Of a stretch of DNA of 64,000 bases, positions 8,487-17,506 are shown in pieces; position 1 is the stretch's first letter; every line of letters begins with the position of its first letter. The translations under genes were made by a program, and so were the position numbers. The stretch is from Candidatus Aminicenantales bacterium (GTDB taxonomy: Bacteria; Acidobacteriota; Aminicenantia; Aminicenantales; UBA8522): positions 1,522 through 65,521 of the forward strand of contig JBAQGA010000239.1 of assembly GCA_049287565.1 (NCBI GenBank). Direction: 5' to 3'. Below the pieces are notes generated by a model. That model saw only the letters and a list, made by a program, of their open reading frames with translations. It was not told the DNA's origin and searched no databases.

Positions 8487-9962
8487 ATGGAATCGAGGCT
8501 TTTCTTGGCCTTTGACCTGGGGGCCGAAAGCGGCCGGACCGTCCTCGGCCGGCTGTCCGAAAGGAGGATTCAAACCCGGGAACTGACCCGATTCCCCAAC
8601 GCTCCCGTCCATGTCCTCGGCCACCAGCACTGGAACGTTTACGGTCTTTTCGAAGAGATCAAGAAAGGGATTAAAGCCGGATTGGCCGAAGCCGGAAAGC
8701 AGCTGGAAAGCCTGGCGGTGGATACATGGGGAGTCGATTTCGGACTGCTGGCCGGCGACGGGACAATTCTCGGTCTACCCTACGCCTACCGTGATGACCG
8801 TACCGAGGGCGCCATGGAAGGGTTCTTCAAGCGGATGCCGCGGAAAGACATCTATGAGCGCACGGGAATTCAGTTCCTGCCTTTTAACAGCCTCTTCCAG
8901 CTGTTCGCGACAGCCAGGGATAGCCCGACCCTGCTCGAGCGGGCAGAAAGCCTCCTGTTCATGCCCGACATCTTCACCTTTCTCCTGACCGGGGAAAAGA
9001 CCAGCGAATTCACCATCGCCTCAACCTCCCAAGTTCTCGACCCGCGACTCCGGACCTGGGATGAAACGATCCTGTCCGCGCTCGGCCTTTCCTCCCGTAT
9101 CATGCCGGATGTCTTGGCACCGGGGACGGTGATCGGGACATTGCTCCCCTCCGTCTCCGAAGATACAGGGCTTCAGGATACCCAGGTCATCGCCACGGCC
9201 AGCCACGATACCGCGGCGGCCGTCGCCGCCATCCCCGCTTCAGGAGAGAATTGGGCTTACGTCAGCTCAGGGACTTGGTCTCTGATGGGTGTCGAGCTCC
9301 CATCCCCCCTGATCGCGCCCCAGACGCTGGCCGCCAATTTCACCAACGAGGGAGGAGTCGCCGGTACCATCCGGTTCCTCAAGAATATCGCCGGTCTCTG
9401 GCTTCTCCGGCAATGCCGCAAAGAATGGTCCAGGAGCATGGAACTGAGCTACGATGAGTTGATCCGGATGGCGGGAGAGGCCCCTCCTTTCAAGGTTTTC
9501 GTCGACCCGGATTGCCCCGATTTCCTGAACCCGCAGAGCATGCCCGAAGCCATTCGAAAGTTTTGTCTCCGGATCGGGCAAGTTCCTCCCCTGTCCCCGG
9601 CGGAGACCGTCCGGTGCATCTTGGAAAGCCTGGCCCTGAAATACCGTCAGACGCTCGACCAGGTCCGCCTCCTTACTGGCAGGGCGATCGAACGCCTCCA
9701 TGTGATCGGCGGGGGGAGCCGCAACGAGCTGCTCTGTCAATTCACGGCTGACGCCACTAATCTGACCGTATTGGCTGGCCCGGCCGAGGCGACGGCCACA
9801 GGAAATATCATGGTCCAGGCCCTGGCCTTGGGATATGTCGGCTCGCTCAGCGAAATTCGGGCCATCGTCCGTAACTCGGTGAAAGTCAAAACCTTTGAGC
9901 CGGCCGGGCGGGCCGATTGGGACCGTGCCTATGAGAGATTCCGATATGTTACAGGCCTCTGA
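8487..9962 (+). CDS. rhaB: Rhamnulokinase (FGGY sugar kinase family)
   Basis: N-terminal LAFDLGAESGR actin-like ATPase motif. FGGY N- and C-domains. Collinear with E. coli RhaB and followed by rhaA. Confidence 0.85.
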   Translation: MESRLFLAFDLGAESGRTVLGRLSERRIQTRELTRFPNAPVHVLGHQHWNVYGLFEEIKKGIKAGLAEAGKQLESLAVDTWGVDFGLLAGDGTILGLPYAYRDDRTEGAMEGFFKRMPRKDIYERTGIQFLPFNSLFQLFATARDSPTLLERAESLLFMPDIFTFLLTGEKTSEFTIASTSQVLDPRLRTWDETILSALGLSSRIMPDVLAPGTVIGTLLPSVSEDTGLQDTQVIATASHDTAAAVAAIPASGENWAYVSSGTWSLMGVELPSPLIAPQTLAANFTNEGGVAGTIRFLKNIAGLWLLRQCRKEWSRSMELSYDELIRMAGEAPPFKVFVDPDCPDFLNPQSMPEAIRKFCLRIGQVPPLSPAETVRCILESLALKYRQTLDQVRLLTGRAIERLHVIGGGSRNELLCQFTADATNLTVLAGPAEATATGNIMVQALALGYVGSLSEIRAIVRNSVKVKTFEPAGRADWDRAYERFRYVTGL

Positions 9963-9990
9963 GACGACCGAGCGCCGGGGAGAGTGAAGG

Positions 9991-11256
9991 ATGAGTCCAG
10001 CGACCATCGAGAAAGCTTTTGTCCTTGCCAAAGAAAGATATGAGGGCTTGGGAATCGACGTGGAAGCCGCGCTCGAAACCATGAGTTCGCTCACGCTCTC
10101 TCTGCCTTGCTGGCAGGGCGACGACGTCCGCGGCTTCGAAAAAACAAAAGAGCTGGCTTTTTCCGGCGGCATCCAGGCGGCCGGAAACTATCCGGGCCGG
10201 GCCAGAACCGCCGACGAGCTCCGCAGGGACCTCAAAAAGGCCCTTGCCCTGATTCCTGGAAACCAGCGCGTCAACCTGCATGCCATCTACGGCGAGTTCG
10301 GCCACAAAGCGGTGTCCAGAGACGAGATCGAACCTGGCCATTTCCACGGCTGGCTGTCATGGGCGAAAGAAGAGAGCGTGAAGCTCGATTTCAACGCGAC
10401 CTGTTTCGCCCATCCCAAAGCCGATACGGGCTTCACCCTGAGTAGCCCGGACAAAGGAATCCGGAGATTCTGGATCGAACACGTCAAGCGCTGCCGCAAA
10501 ATCGCCGGTTTCTTGGGTCGGGAGCTCAAAGCGGTCTGTATTCACAACATCTGGATCCCCGATGGCTCTAAGGATGAGCCTTTCGACCGCTGGACCCCCC
10601 GCGCCTTCCTTAGGGAATCCCTGGATGAAATTTTCCAGACCGAATACAGCCCTTCCCTAATGAAAGATTCTCTGGAGAGCAAGCTTTTCGGGCTCGGGAG
10701 CGAAGCCTATGTCGTCGGTTCGCACGAGTTCTATTCGGGCTATGCCCTTTCCAGGCGGAAGATGGTCTGCCTGGACCTCGGCCATTTCCACCCCACCGAA
10801 TCCGTCGCCGACAAGCTCTCGGCCCTTCTCCAGTTCTTCGGCGAGTTGGTCCTTCATCTCAGCCGGCCCGTCCGCTGGGACTCCGATCATGTCGTCATCC
10901 TCGATGATGAACTGAAACGGGTGGCAGCGGAGATCGTCCGCGGCCGGGCTCTGGAAAAGACCCACCTCGCCCTGGATTTCTTCGACGCTTCGATGAACCG
11001 CGTCGGCGCCCTGGCCATCGGAGCACGGGCGACTCTGAAGGCTTTTTTGCTGGCTCTCCTGGAAGCTGGGAAGAAACTCCAGGAAGCCGAGGTTGACGGC
11101 GATCATTTCCGCCGGCTGGCTCTCTTCGAGGAGGCCAAGATGCTGCCGTTCGGAGCGCTCTGGGATTATCACTGCCTCCGCCAAGGTGTCCCCACGGACA
11201 AGGAATTGCCCGACCTCGTCAAGGATTACGAGAGAACCGTCCTGAGCAAGCGCTGA
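9991..11256 (+). CDS. rhaA: L-rhamnose isomerase
   Basis: Alignable along its full length with E. coli RhaA. Matching blocks include CWQGDDV, GGIQA.GNYPG, HAIY, IWIPDG, LDLGHFHPTE and SRPVRWDSDHVV.LDDE. Confidence 0.9.
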   Translation: MSPATIEKAFVLAKERYEGLGIDVEAALETMSSLTLSLPCWQGDDVRGFEKTKELAFSGGIQAAGNYPGRARTADELRRDLKKALALIPGNQRVNLHAIYGEFGHKAVSRDEIEPGHFHGWLSWAKEESVKLDFNATCFAHPKADTGFTLSSPDKGIRRFWIEHVKRCRKIAGFLGRELKAVCIHNIWIPDGSKDEPFDRWTPRAFLRESLDEIFQTEYSPSLMKDSLESKLFGLGSEAYVVGSHEFYSGYALSRRKMVCLDLGHFHPTESVADKLSALLQFFGELVLHLSRPVRWDSDHVVILDDELKRVAAEIVRGRALEKTHLALDFFDASMNRVGALAIGARATLKAFLLALLEAGKKLQEAEVDGDHFRRLALFEEAKMLPFGALWDYHCLRQGVPTDKELPDLVKDYERTVLSKR

Positions 11257-11288
11257 TCGTTCGCGGGATAGCGGACGCTTCCCCTGAA

Positions 11289-11317
11289 TTGACGGTGGCG
11301 CGACTAAAATATAGAAT
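11289..11317 (+). promoter_or_regulatory. Candidate sigma70-like promoter (TTGACG-17-TAGAAT) in the rhaA/HEAT-gene gap
   Basis: -35 TTGACG at 11289-11294 and -10 TAGAAT at 11312-11317, giving 17-nt spacing. It would make the HEAT/HD-GYP genes a separate transcription unit from rhaBA. Confidence 0.35.
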
Positions 11318-11319
11318 AG

Positions 11320-13083
11320 GTGGACGTGGCTGAAACAGAGACATCTCCCATCGACCAGGTCCAGAGAGACAAGGCCAAAGAGATCCTCCTCGTTATGGTC
11401 AACACCATCTCTGCGGCCAAGCTCTTCCCCTCTGATCATCAGACGGTCGTCAATTTCATTTCCGACTTGCATAAGCATCTGACTCGATACCTCGATGTGT
11501 ACTGGAAACTGGAGCTCGTCATCGAGGAACACGCCTTCAACCTGGGAAGAGAGAGGATCTACGAGGACCCCCACCCGGTGAAGAGCCTTCCCTTTTTCTT
11601 CTTCAAGGACGGGATGCAGAGGCTCTATTTCTATAAAGGCCTGACCAGGGAAGAACTCAGGGAATTCCTGGAGACGATGCGGGCGGTTTCCCAGCTTCCC
11701 CCGGAAGAGGGCGATATCGTCACCGCCCTCTGGGAGAAGGATTTCGCCAACATCCGTTACCTCGCTCCCGATGATTTCCTGGAGACAAGGATCGGGGTTG
11801 GCCGCCCCTCGCTGCGGCCGAGAGTGGACGGGACCAGTCTCAGCCGGGGCCGGATCGATCTCGATCCTGAGGACCTGAAGGACATGAAAAGATATGGCCA
11901 GGCTTTATTGGCCTCAGAAACAAAGCCTCCTGAAAACACCCCAGCGGAAGGGGCCTCGAGCATGACCACTTCATCTGAAGACAGCGGGGCGAACGAAATC
12001 GAGGCCCTCCTTCAGTCCAGCCGTCGGGTCTCCCCAGAAGACGAATATCTTAACCTGGTGGTGGAGCTGATCTACCTTGAGGACCGGGCAGATCACTTCC
12101 CGGCGATCGTCGATGTCCTGGAGCAATATCACCAGGATATCATGGCCAAAAAAGATTTCGCCAAAGCGGCCGCCCTGATCCGCGCCCTCTCCGAGATCAG
12201 GGACCGCATTGCCAAAAAAGACAAACCCAAGTCCGAGCTGATCGGCCGCGTCATCAGCCTGTTAAGCAGAAAGAGCGTTCTGGTCGAACTTCAGGCGACG
12301 CTCGACCTCAGCTCGGTCAACGACCTGGACGGGCTTTTTGCCTATTTGAAATTGTTCGGCTCGGATGCGGCCGGTCTCCTTGCCGATATCTACGAGCGGG
12401 TCAGGAGCGCGGAATGGCGCGACAAGGCTCTGGAGATGCTGACGAAGATCGGGCAGGACGATATCCAGAAACTGGGAGCCTTGATCCAGGAATCAAGGCC
12501 GGCCCTGAGTCAGGAGATCATCCGCCTCTTGAGAGAGAGCCAAAATAGGCGGGTCGCTACGTTGTTGGCCAATGTGGTGAGTTACAAAAATCCGGCCATC
12601 AAGCTGGCCGCCATCAGGGCTCTCGGAGAGATCTCGAGCGAGGCGGCCAACAAGATCCTGTTGGGATTCCTCTCCGACCCGCACGAGGACGTCCGGATAA
12701 CCGCCCTCGACAACTTAAAGAAGGCTGAAGACAAGCCGCTCATCTCTCATATCACCGGGCTTGTCTCCGAAAAGAATTTCGTCAAAAAGAGCGCCCGCGA
12801 GAAAAAAGCGCACTTCGATTTCCTCGGCCGGAGCGACAGTGAAGAGGCCTGCGCATTTCTGGCCGGTATCCTCGGAAAGGTTCCGTTTCTGCCGAACGCG
12901 AGACATACCGAGCTTTGTCTCTACGCCGTCTCCGCGCTGGCGGGGATGAAGCGTCCGAGATCGCTGGACATTCTGAAAGAAGGGAGCAAGCGCCGCAGCT
13001 TGAAGATTCGCAACGCCTGCCTCAAGGCTCTTCAATCCAGATCAGAGATTCCCATCACCTACACGGGAAGGATGCCGCAATGA
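11320..13083 (+). CDS. HEAT/PBS-lyase repeat protein with an N-terminal DUF3391-like domain; function unknown
   Basis: C-terminal half made of HEAT-like repeats (AIKLAAIRALGEI, EDVRITALDNL). The N-terminus resembles the N-domain of the downstream HD-GYP protein. The start codon is uncertain (GTG at 11320 lies too close to the putative -10; the first in-frame ATG is at 11395). Confidence 0.5.
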   Translation: MDVAETETSPIDQVQRDKAKEILLVMVNTISAAKLFPSDHQTVVNFISDLHKHLTRYLDVYWKLELVIEEHAFNLGRERIYEDPHPVKSLPFFFFKDGMQRLYFYKGLTREELREFLETMRAVSQLPPEEGDIVTALWEKDFANIRYLAPDDFLETRIGVGRPSLRPRVDGTSLSRGRIDLDPEDLKDMKRYGQALLASETKPPENTPAEGASSMTTSSEDSGANEIEALLQSSRRVSPEDEYLNLVVELIYLEDRADHFPAIVDVLEQYHQDIMAKKDFAKAAALIRALSEIRDRIAKKDKPKSELIGRVISLLSRKSVLVELQATLDLSSVNDLDGLFAYLKLFGSDAAGLLADIYERVRSAEWRDKALEMLTKIGQDDIQKLGALIQESRPALSQEIIRLLRESQNRRVATLLANVVSYKNPAIKLAAIRALGEISSEAANKILLGFLSDPHEDVRITALDNLKKAEDKPLISHITGLVSEKNFVKKSAREKKAHFDFLGRSDSEEACAFLAGILGKVPFLPNARHTELCLYAVSALAGMKRPRSLDILKEGSKRRSLKIRNACLKALQSRSEIPITYTGRMPQ

Positions 13084-14531
13084 CCCCTCCCCACGAAGAA
13101 CAGCCCCACCTCGACAAAACCAAGGCCCGCCACCAACTGGCCGTAGAGATGATCACCCGTCTGAACGTTATCCTCAAGGGCGCTCGCATCTACGAGCCGA
13201 ACAACCTTCTTTTCCAGCGCCAGGTGAGCCTCTTCCTGATGCTCCTCAGGAAGGCACTGAAGGATTCCGGAGAAGCGTCCTTTGCGGTCCGCGGGAACAC
13301 CCTATTCTTCAATAACATTCGGCTGAAGTATGGGTTTGCCAACTACCATTTTTTCAAGTTCGTCCTCGAAGAGTTTCGCAAGAAACAGCTGGGAGCGATC
13401 CGGTTCGAACCCGAAGTCAGCGAAGACGACCTCGGGACCATGATGATCATCTGGGCAAAGGGGGATTCCCAAACCGTGCATCCTTATGATGCCCTGGTCG
13501 CTGAGGCCGGGAAAAGGGGCGTACGCCACATCGCTGTTGATAAGATGATCGCTTCCGACCTGAACAGAAGCAAGGAGGAATCCGCCGCCAAGATCTTTTT
13601 CCTGGGGATGACCCACCTTGAAGAAGCCTTCGAGGGCGGTGTTCGCGAGGAAAGGTTCCACCTGGGCACAACCCGCCGCCTGATGCAGTCGATCTTCAAC
13701 CACATCTCCGACCATGAGGCCTTCGTCCAGGGCCTGACCAATATCAAGAACTTCCATGAATACACCCTCAATCATTCCATGAACGTCTGCATCCTCTCTG
13801 TGGCTCTGGGAAGGCGTTTAGGGCTCGACCGGAACGAGCTCGTCGATCTGGGGATAAGCGCCTTCTTCCATGACTTCGGCAAGCTGGACACACCGAAGGA
13901 AATCCTGGACAAACCGGGCAAGCTCAATGACCAGGAGCGCGAAATCATCGAAAAGCATCCCTGTCAGGGAGCGGGAAAGCTGATCCAGTTCAAGGAGTTC
14001 AAGAACCTCCCCCTTCAGGCGATCCAGGTCGCCCTGGAACACCACGTCAAGGAGGACATGACGGGCTATCCTCGCTACTTCAAAAAGCAGTCGATCAACC
14101 TGTTCAGCAAGATCGTCAAGATCGCCGACTTTTTCGACGCCGTCACCACCCCGCGTGTCTACCGAACCAAGCATTTTACCAGGGACGAAGCCCTAACGAT
14201 GATGCTCGCCCAGAGCGGCAAGGAGTTCCATCCCCTCCTTCTTCGGGAATTTGTCAAGATGATGGGCGTTTATCCCGTCGGCTCGCTCGTCGGCCTTGAC
14301 AGCCTGGAACTGGCCGTCGTCGTCGAAAATAACCCGGATACAGTCCTGCTGCTGCGGCCGAGGGTAAAGCTCATTGCCGACGCTTCAGGGAATAAGATAG
14401 ACGGCGAAATCGTCGACCTGAGCGAAGTCGATCCGGAGACCAGGAAGTTTGTTCGAACCATCGTCAAGGTTCTTGATCCGGATAAGTACGGCATCCGAGT
14501 GGCCGATTATTTCCTGGCCCGGGCCATGTGA
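13080..14531 (+). CDS. HD-GYP domain c-di-GMP phosphodiesterase with N-terminal DUF3391-like domain
   Basis: HD motif FFHDFGKL. HHVKEDMTGYPRY (HD-GYP signature). Overlaps the HEAT gene stop by 4 nt (ATGA). Confidence 0.8.
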   Translation: MTPPHEEQPHLDKTKARHQLAVEMITRLNVILKGARIYEPNNLLFQRQVSLFLMLLRKALKDSGEASFAVRGNTLFFNNIRLKYGFANYHFFKFVLEEFRKKQLGAIRFEPEVSEDDLGTMMIIWAKGDSQTVHPYDALVAEAGKRGVRHIAVDKMIASDLNRSKEESAAKIFFLGMTHLEEAFEGGVREERFHLGTTRRLMQSIFNHISDHEAFVQGLTNIKNFHEYTLNHSMNVCILSVALGRRLGLDRNELVDLGISAFFHDFGKLDTPKEILDKPGKLNDQEREIIEKHPCQGAGKLIQFKEFKNLPLQAIQVALEHHVKEDMTGYPRYFKKQSINLFSKIVKIADFFDAVTTPRVYRTKHFTRDEALTMMLAQSGKEFHPLLLREFVKMMGVYPVGSLVGLDSLELAVVVENNPDTVLLLRPRVKLIADASGNKIDGEIVDLSEVDPETRKFVRTIVKVLDPDKYGIRVADYFLARAM

Positions 14532-14607
14532 ACCGGCGCGCCCCGGCCGGAACGAGTTCCGTTTCTGAAATGTGCTCCCGGCCGATGGTCTGAAAGGACG
14601 AACGGAA

Positions 14608-17316
14608 ATGAATCCACTTCCTCCCGTGCGCCTGCGCTGTGAATACCTGGACAATCCGATCGGCTTGGGTACCGGAGCGCCGCGTTTCTCCTGGGTGCCG
14701 GAACATCCCCGTCGTGGAGCCAGACAGGCCGGCTATCAGGTCATTGTCTCCCCGGAGCGAGATTTTTTGCAGAAAGGGATAGGAGATTACTGGGACAGCC
14801 AAAGGGTGGGGTCGGAGCGGACTTCAGGCATTTCCTACGAAGGGGCCCCGCTATGGAGCGGAAAGCGCTATTTTTGGCGGCTGCGCTGGTGGGACGAGGA
14901 GGGGAACATCAGCCCCTGGAGCGAAACGTCTTGGTTCGAGATGGGCCTGCTCCTGAAGAGGGACTGGAAGGCCAAATGGATCAGCCGGCCGAAGCTGGCC
15001 GAGTTCACCTCTCGCGGGAACGTGATGCAGGGTGTATATTCCGGGGATTTTGTCCAGAGTCTGGCCATCTACCTGCGGAAGGAATTCGAGGTCAAGGGTG
15101 CCGTCCGCCGCGCCCGCGCCTATGTCTGCGGGCTCGGCTACTACGAACTCCGGCTCAACGGACGCAAAGTCGGCGATCATGTCCTCGACCCGGCCCAAAC
15201 CGACTACCGAAAAATCGCCCTTTATTCCGTTTTCGACATCACCGCTCACATCCGGGAAAGGAATGCGCTGGCCGTCATCCTCGGCAACGGCCGACACATC
15301 AAGAACTTCGGCTACGGCAAGCCGCGGCTTCTCCTCCAGCTCCATCTGGAGAGAGAGAACGAGCTCGTCGACCGGATCGACAGCGATGGGACCTGGAAAG
15401 CCAACTCCGGTCCCCTCCTGGAAAACGGCCTTTACTCAGGCGAGCGCTATGACGCCAGGCTTGAATGGGAGGATTGGGACGTGCCGGGATTCGACGACTC
15501 GTCTTGGGAAGAGGCGGAGGTCGTCTCCGGTCCGTCCGTGGCTCCCCAAGTGCTCCCTCCGATACAGGTCGTCGAAACGCTTCGACCGGTCAATCTATGG
15601 ACCCCGCGGCCGGGTGCTTATGTCTTCGATTTCGGCCAGAATTTTTCCGGCTGGGTCAGGCTCAAGACCCGGGGACCGCGCGGACGGGAGATTCGGCTCC
15701 GGCATGCCGAGCTCATCTATGAGGACGGCACGATCAACGTCCTGCCCAATCAGAACGCCGAGGCCACCGATGTCTTTATCCTAAAGGGACAGGGTGAGGA
15801 AGTCTACGAGCCGAGGTTCACCTATCACGGATTCCGTTATGCCGAGGTCGAAGGCTTGCCCGGAGAGCCCGAGCCGGACACCCTGGAGGGGTGTTTCGTC
15901 CATAGCGATGTCGAGAGGAGCGGAGACTTCCGCTGCTCGCATTCTCTTCTCAACCGGGTCCATCAGAACATCATCTGGGGTCAGCTGTCCAACTTGATGA
16001 GCATCCCGACGGATTGCCCCCAGCGCGATGAACGACACGGCTGGCTCGGGGACGCCCATCTTGCCGCCGAGGAGTCCATCCTCAATTTCGACATGTCCTC
16101 TTTTTATAGCAAATTCCTGGAGGATATCCGGTTGTCCCAAAAAGAGGACGGCAGTCTTCCCGACACCGTCCCTCCCTACATCCAGCGGCTTTACCCGGCC
16201 GATCCGGCCTGGGGAATCGCCTATTTGGAACTGGCCTGGCTGATGTTTCTCTACTTCGGGGACGAGCGTGTCTTGCAGAAGCATTACGCGGGGATGAAAA
16301 AATACGTCGACCACCTCAGCAGAAACACGGAAGAATACATCGTCCAGAAGCTCGGCAAGTACGGTGACTGGTGTCCGCCGGGAAGCATAGTCCCCAAAAA
16401 GACCCCTCTCGAACTGACTTCGACGTGGTCCTATTATCGAGCCGCCGGCCTTTTAGCCACATTTGCCAGGGTTTTGGGCCGGACAGATGACAGCCGGGAC
16501 TATGGCCGGCTGGCCGAAGCCATCAAGGCCGCTTTCAACGCCAGATTCCTGGCCGGCGACCAGTACGCCGCTTTCCGGGTCGGCCCGGCCGATAAAAGCC
16601 CCGACCAATCCTCGAACGTGCTGCCGTTGGCCCTGGATATGGTCCCTGAGGATAAAAAGAACAAAGTCCTCACCCGCCTGCTCGACAGCGTCGTCAAGGA
16701 GTGGGATTATCACCTCGACACCGGGATCATTGGAACGCGGTACCTGCTCGACGTTTTAACCGATAACGGCCACGGAGAGACCGCCTTCCGGGTGGCCACC
16801 CAGCACACCTATCCGGGTTGGGGCTTCATGGTCGAAGCCGGGGCGACGACCCTCTGGGAACGTTGGGAGAAGCTAACCGGAGGCGGAATGAATTCTCACA
16901 ATCACATCATGCTCGGAAGCATCGATGCCTGGCTCTACCGCACGGTGGCCGGACTGAGGTGTGTCGCTCCTGGGTGGATGAAGATGGTCATCCGGCCGCT
17001 GCTCTGCGCCGGTCTCAACGAGGCCTCAGCCAATGTCCTGACCGTCCGGGGGCCGGCCGAAGTCGCCTGGCGGAAAGAGGAACGGGACTTCGAGCTCAGT
17101 GCTCGTATCCCGGTCGGTGCCGAGGCGGAGATCCATATTCCCGGACGCTCTGCCGGAAGCCTGATCAAGGAAAGTGGAACGGTGATCTGGAGAGATGGCC
17201 AAGCGGCGAACCTTCCGCCCGAGATTTCCGGCCCGAAAGAAGCCGGCCCATATATGCTTTTCACCGTCGGGAGCGGCCGCTACTCTTTCCGCAGCGAATC
17301 GGACGCGGCCCTTTGA
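14608..17316 (+). CDS. Alpha-L-rhamnosidase (glycoside hydrolase family 78)
   Basis: GH78 N-domain plus six-hairpin catalytic domain. Conserved DCPQRDERHGWLGD block. About 900 aa. Adjacent to rhaBA. Confidence 0.85.
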   Translation: MNPLPPVRLRCEYLDNPIGLGTGAPRFSWVPEHPRRGARQAGYQVIVSPERDFLQKGIGDYWDSQRVGSERTSGISYEGAPLWSGKRYFWRLRWWDEEGNISPWSETSWFEMGLLLKRDWKAKWISRPKLAEFTSRGNVMQGVYSGDFVQSLAIYLRKEFEVKGAVRRARAYVCGLGYYELRLNGRKVGDHVLDPAQTDYRKIALYSVFDITAHIRERNALAVILGNGRHIKNFGYGKPRLLLQLHLERENELVDRIDSDGTWKANSGPLLENGLYSGERYDARLEWEDWDVPGFDDSSWEEAEVVSGPSVAPQVLPPIQVVETLRPVNLWTPRPGAYVFDFGQNFSGWVRLKTRGPRGREIRLRHAELIYEDGTINVLPNQNAEATDVFILKGQGEEVYEPRFTYHGFRYAEVEGLPGEPEPDTLEGCFVHSDVERSGDFRCSHSLLNRVHQNIIWGQLSNLMSIPTDCPQRDERHGWLGDAHLAAEESILNFDMSSFYSKFLEDIRLSQKEDGSLPDTVPPYIQRLYPADPAWGIAYLELAWLMFLYFGDERVLQKHYAGMKKYVDHLSRNTEEYIVQKLGKYGDWCPPGSIVPKKTPLELTSTWSYYRAAGLLATFARVLGRTDDSRDYGRLAEAIKAAFNARFLAGDQYAAFRVGPADKSPDQSSNVLPLALDMVPEDKKNKVLTRLLDSVVKEWDYHLDTGIIGTRYLLDVLTDNGHGETAFRVATQHTYPGWGFMVEAGATTLWERWEKLTGGGMNSHNHIMLGSIDAWLYRTVAGLRCVAPGWMKMVIRPLLCAGLNEASANVLTVRGPAEVAWRKEERDFELSARIPVGAEAEIHIPGRSAGSLIKESGTVIWRDGQAANLPPEISGPKEAGPYMLFTVGSGRYSFRSESDAAL

Positions 17317-17365
17317 TTATGCCCGCCATTCCCTCTAAAATGAAAGCCGAGAAAGGAGAATCTCC

Positions 17366-17503
17366 ATGGACATGCTGAACAAAGAGGTCCGGGAGGCGAC
17401 CCAAAAAAAGTTCGACAACGAGACCGTCTTCATAGAAGGGGCGGTGCCCGAGGGCGTCTTTCTCGGCCACATCCTCAAGGCCGTCGCTCAGGATCGGAAG
17501 TAG
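17366..17503 (+). CDS. Small ORF (45 aa) with a strong ribosome-binding site, just upstream of the acyl-CoA synthetase
   Basis: AAAGGAGAA ribosome-binding site 6 nt before the ATG. Sequence MDMLNKEVREATQKKFDNETVFIEGAVPEGVFLGHILKAVAQDRK. Its stop lies 3 nt before the next gene's ATG. Not in the ORF track (under 60 aa). Confidence 0.35.
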   Translation: MDMLNKEVREATQKKFDNETVFIEGAVPEGVFLGHILKAVAQDRK

Positions 17504-17506
17504 GTT

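Noticed and set aside
7222-11574. Antisense ORFs 7222..8148(+), 9267..10172(-) and 10657..11574(-)
   Set aside because: They overlap the exonuclease/TPR gene, rhaB and rhaA on the opposite strand. They have no recognisable domains and biased composition.
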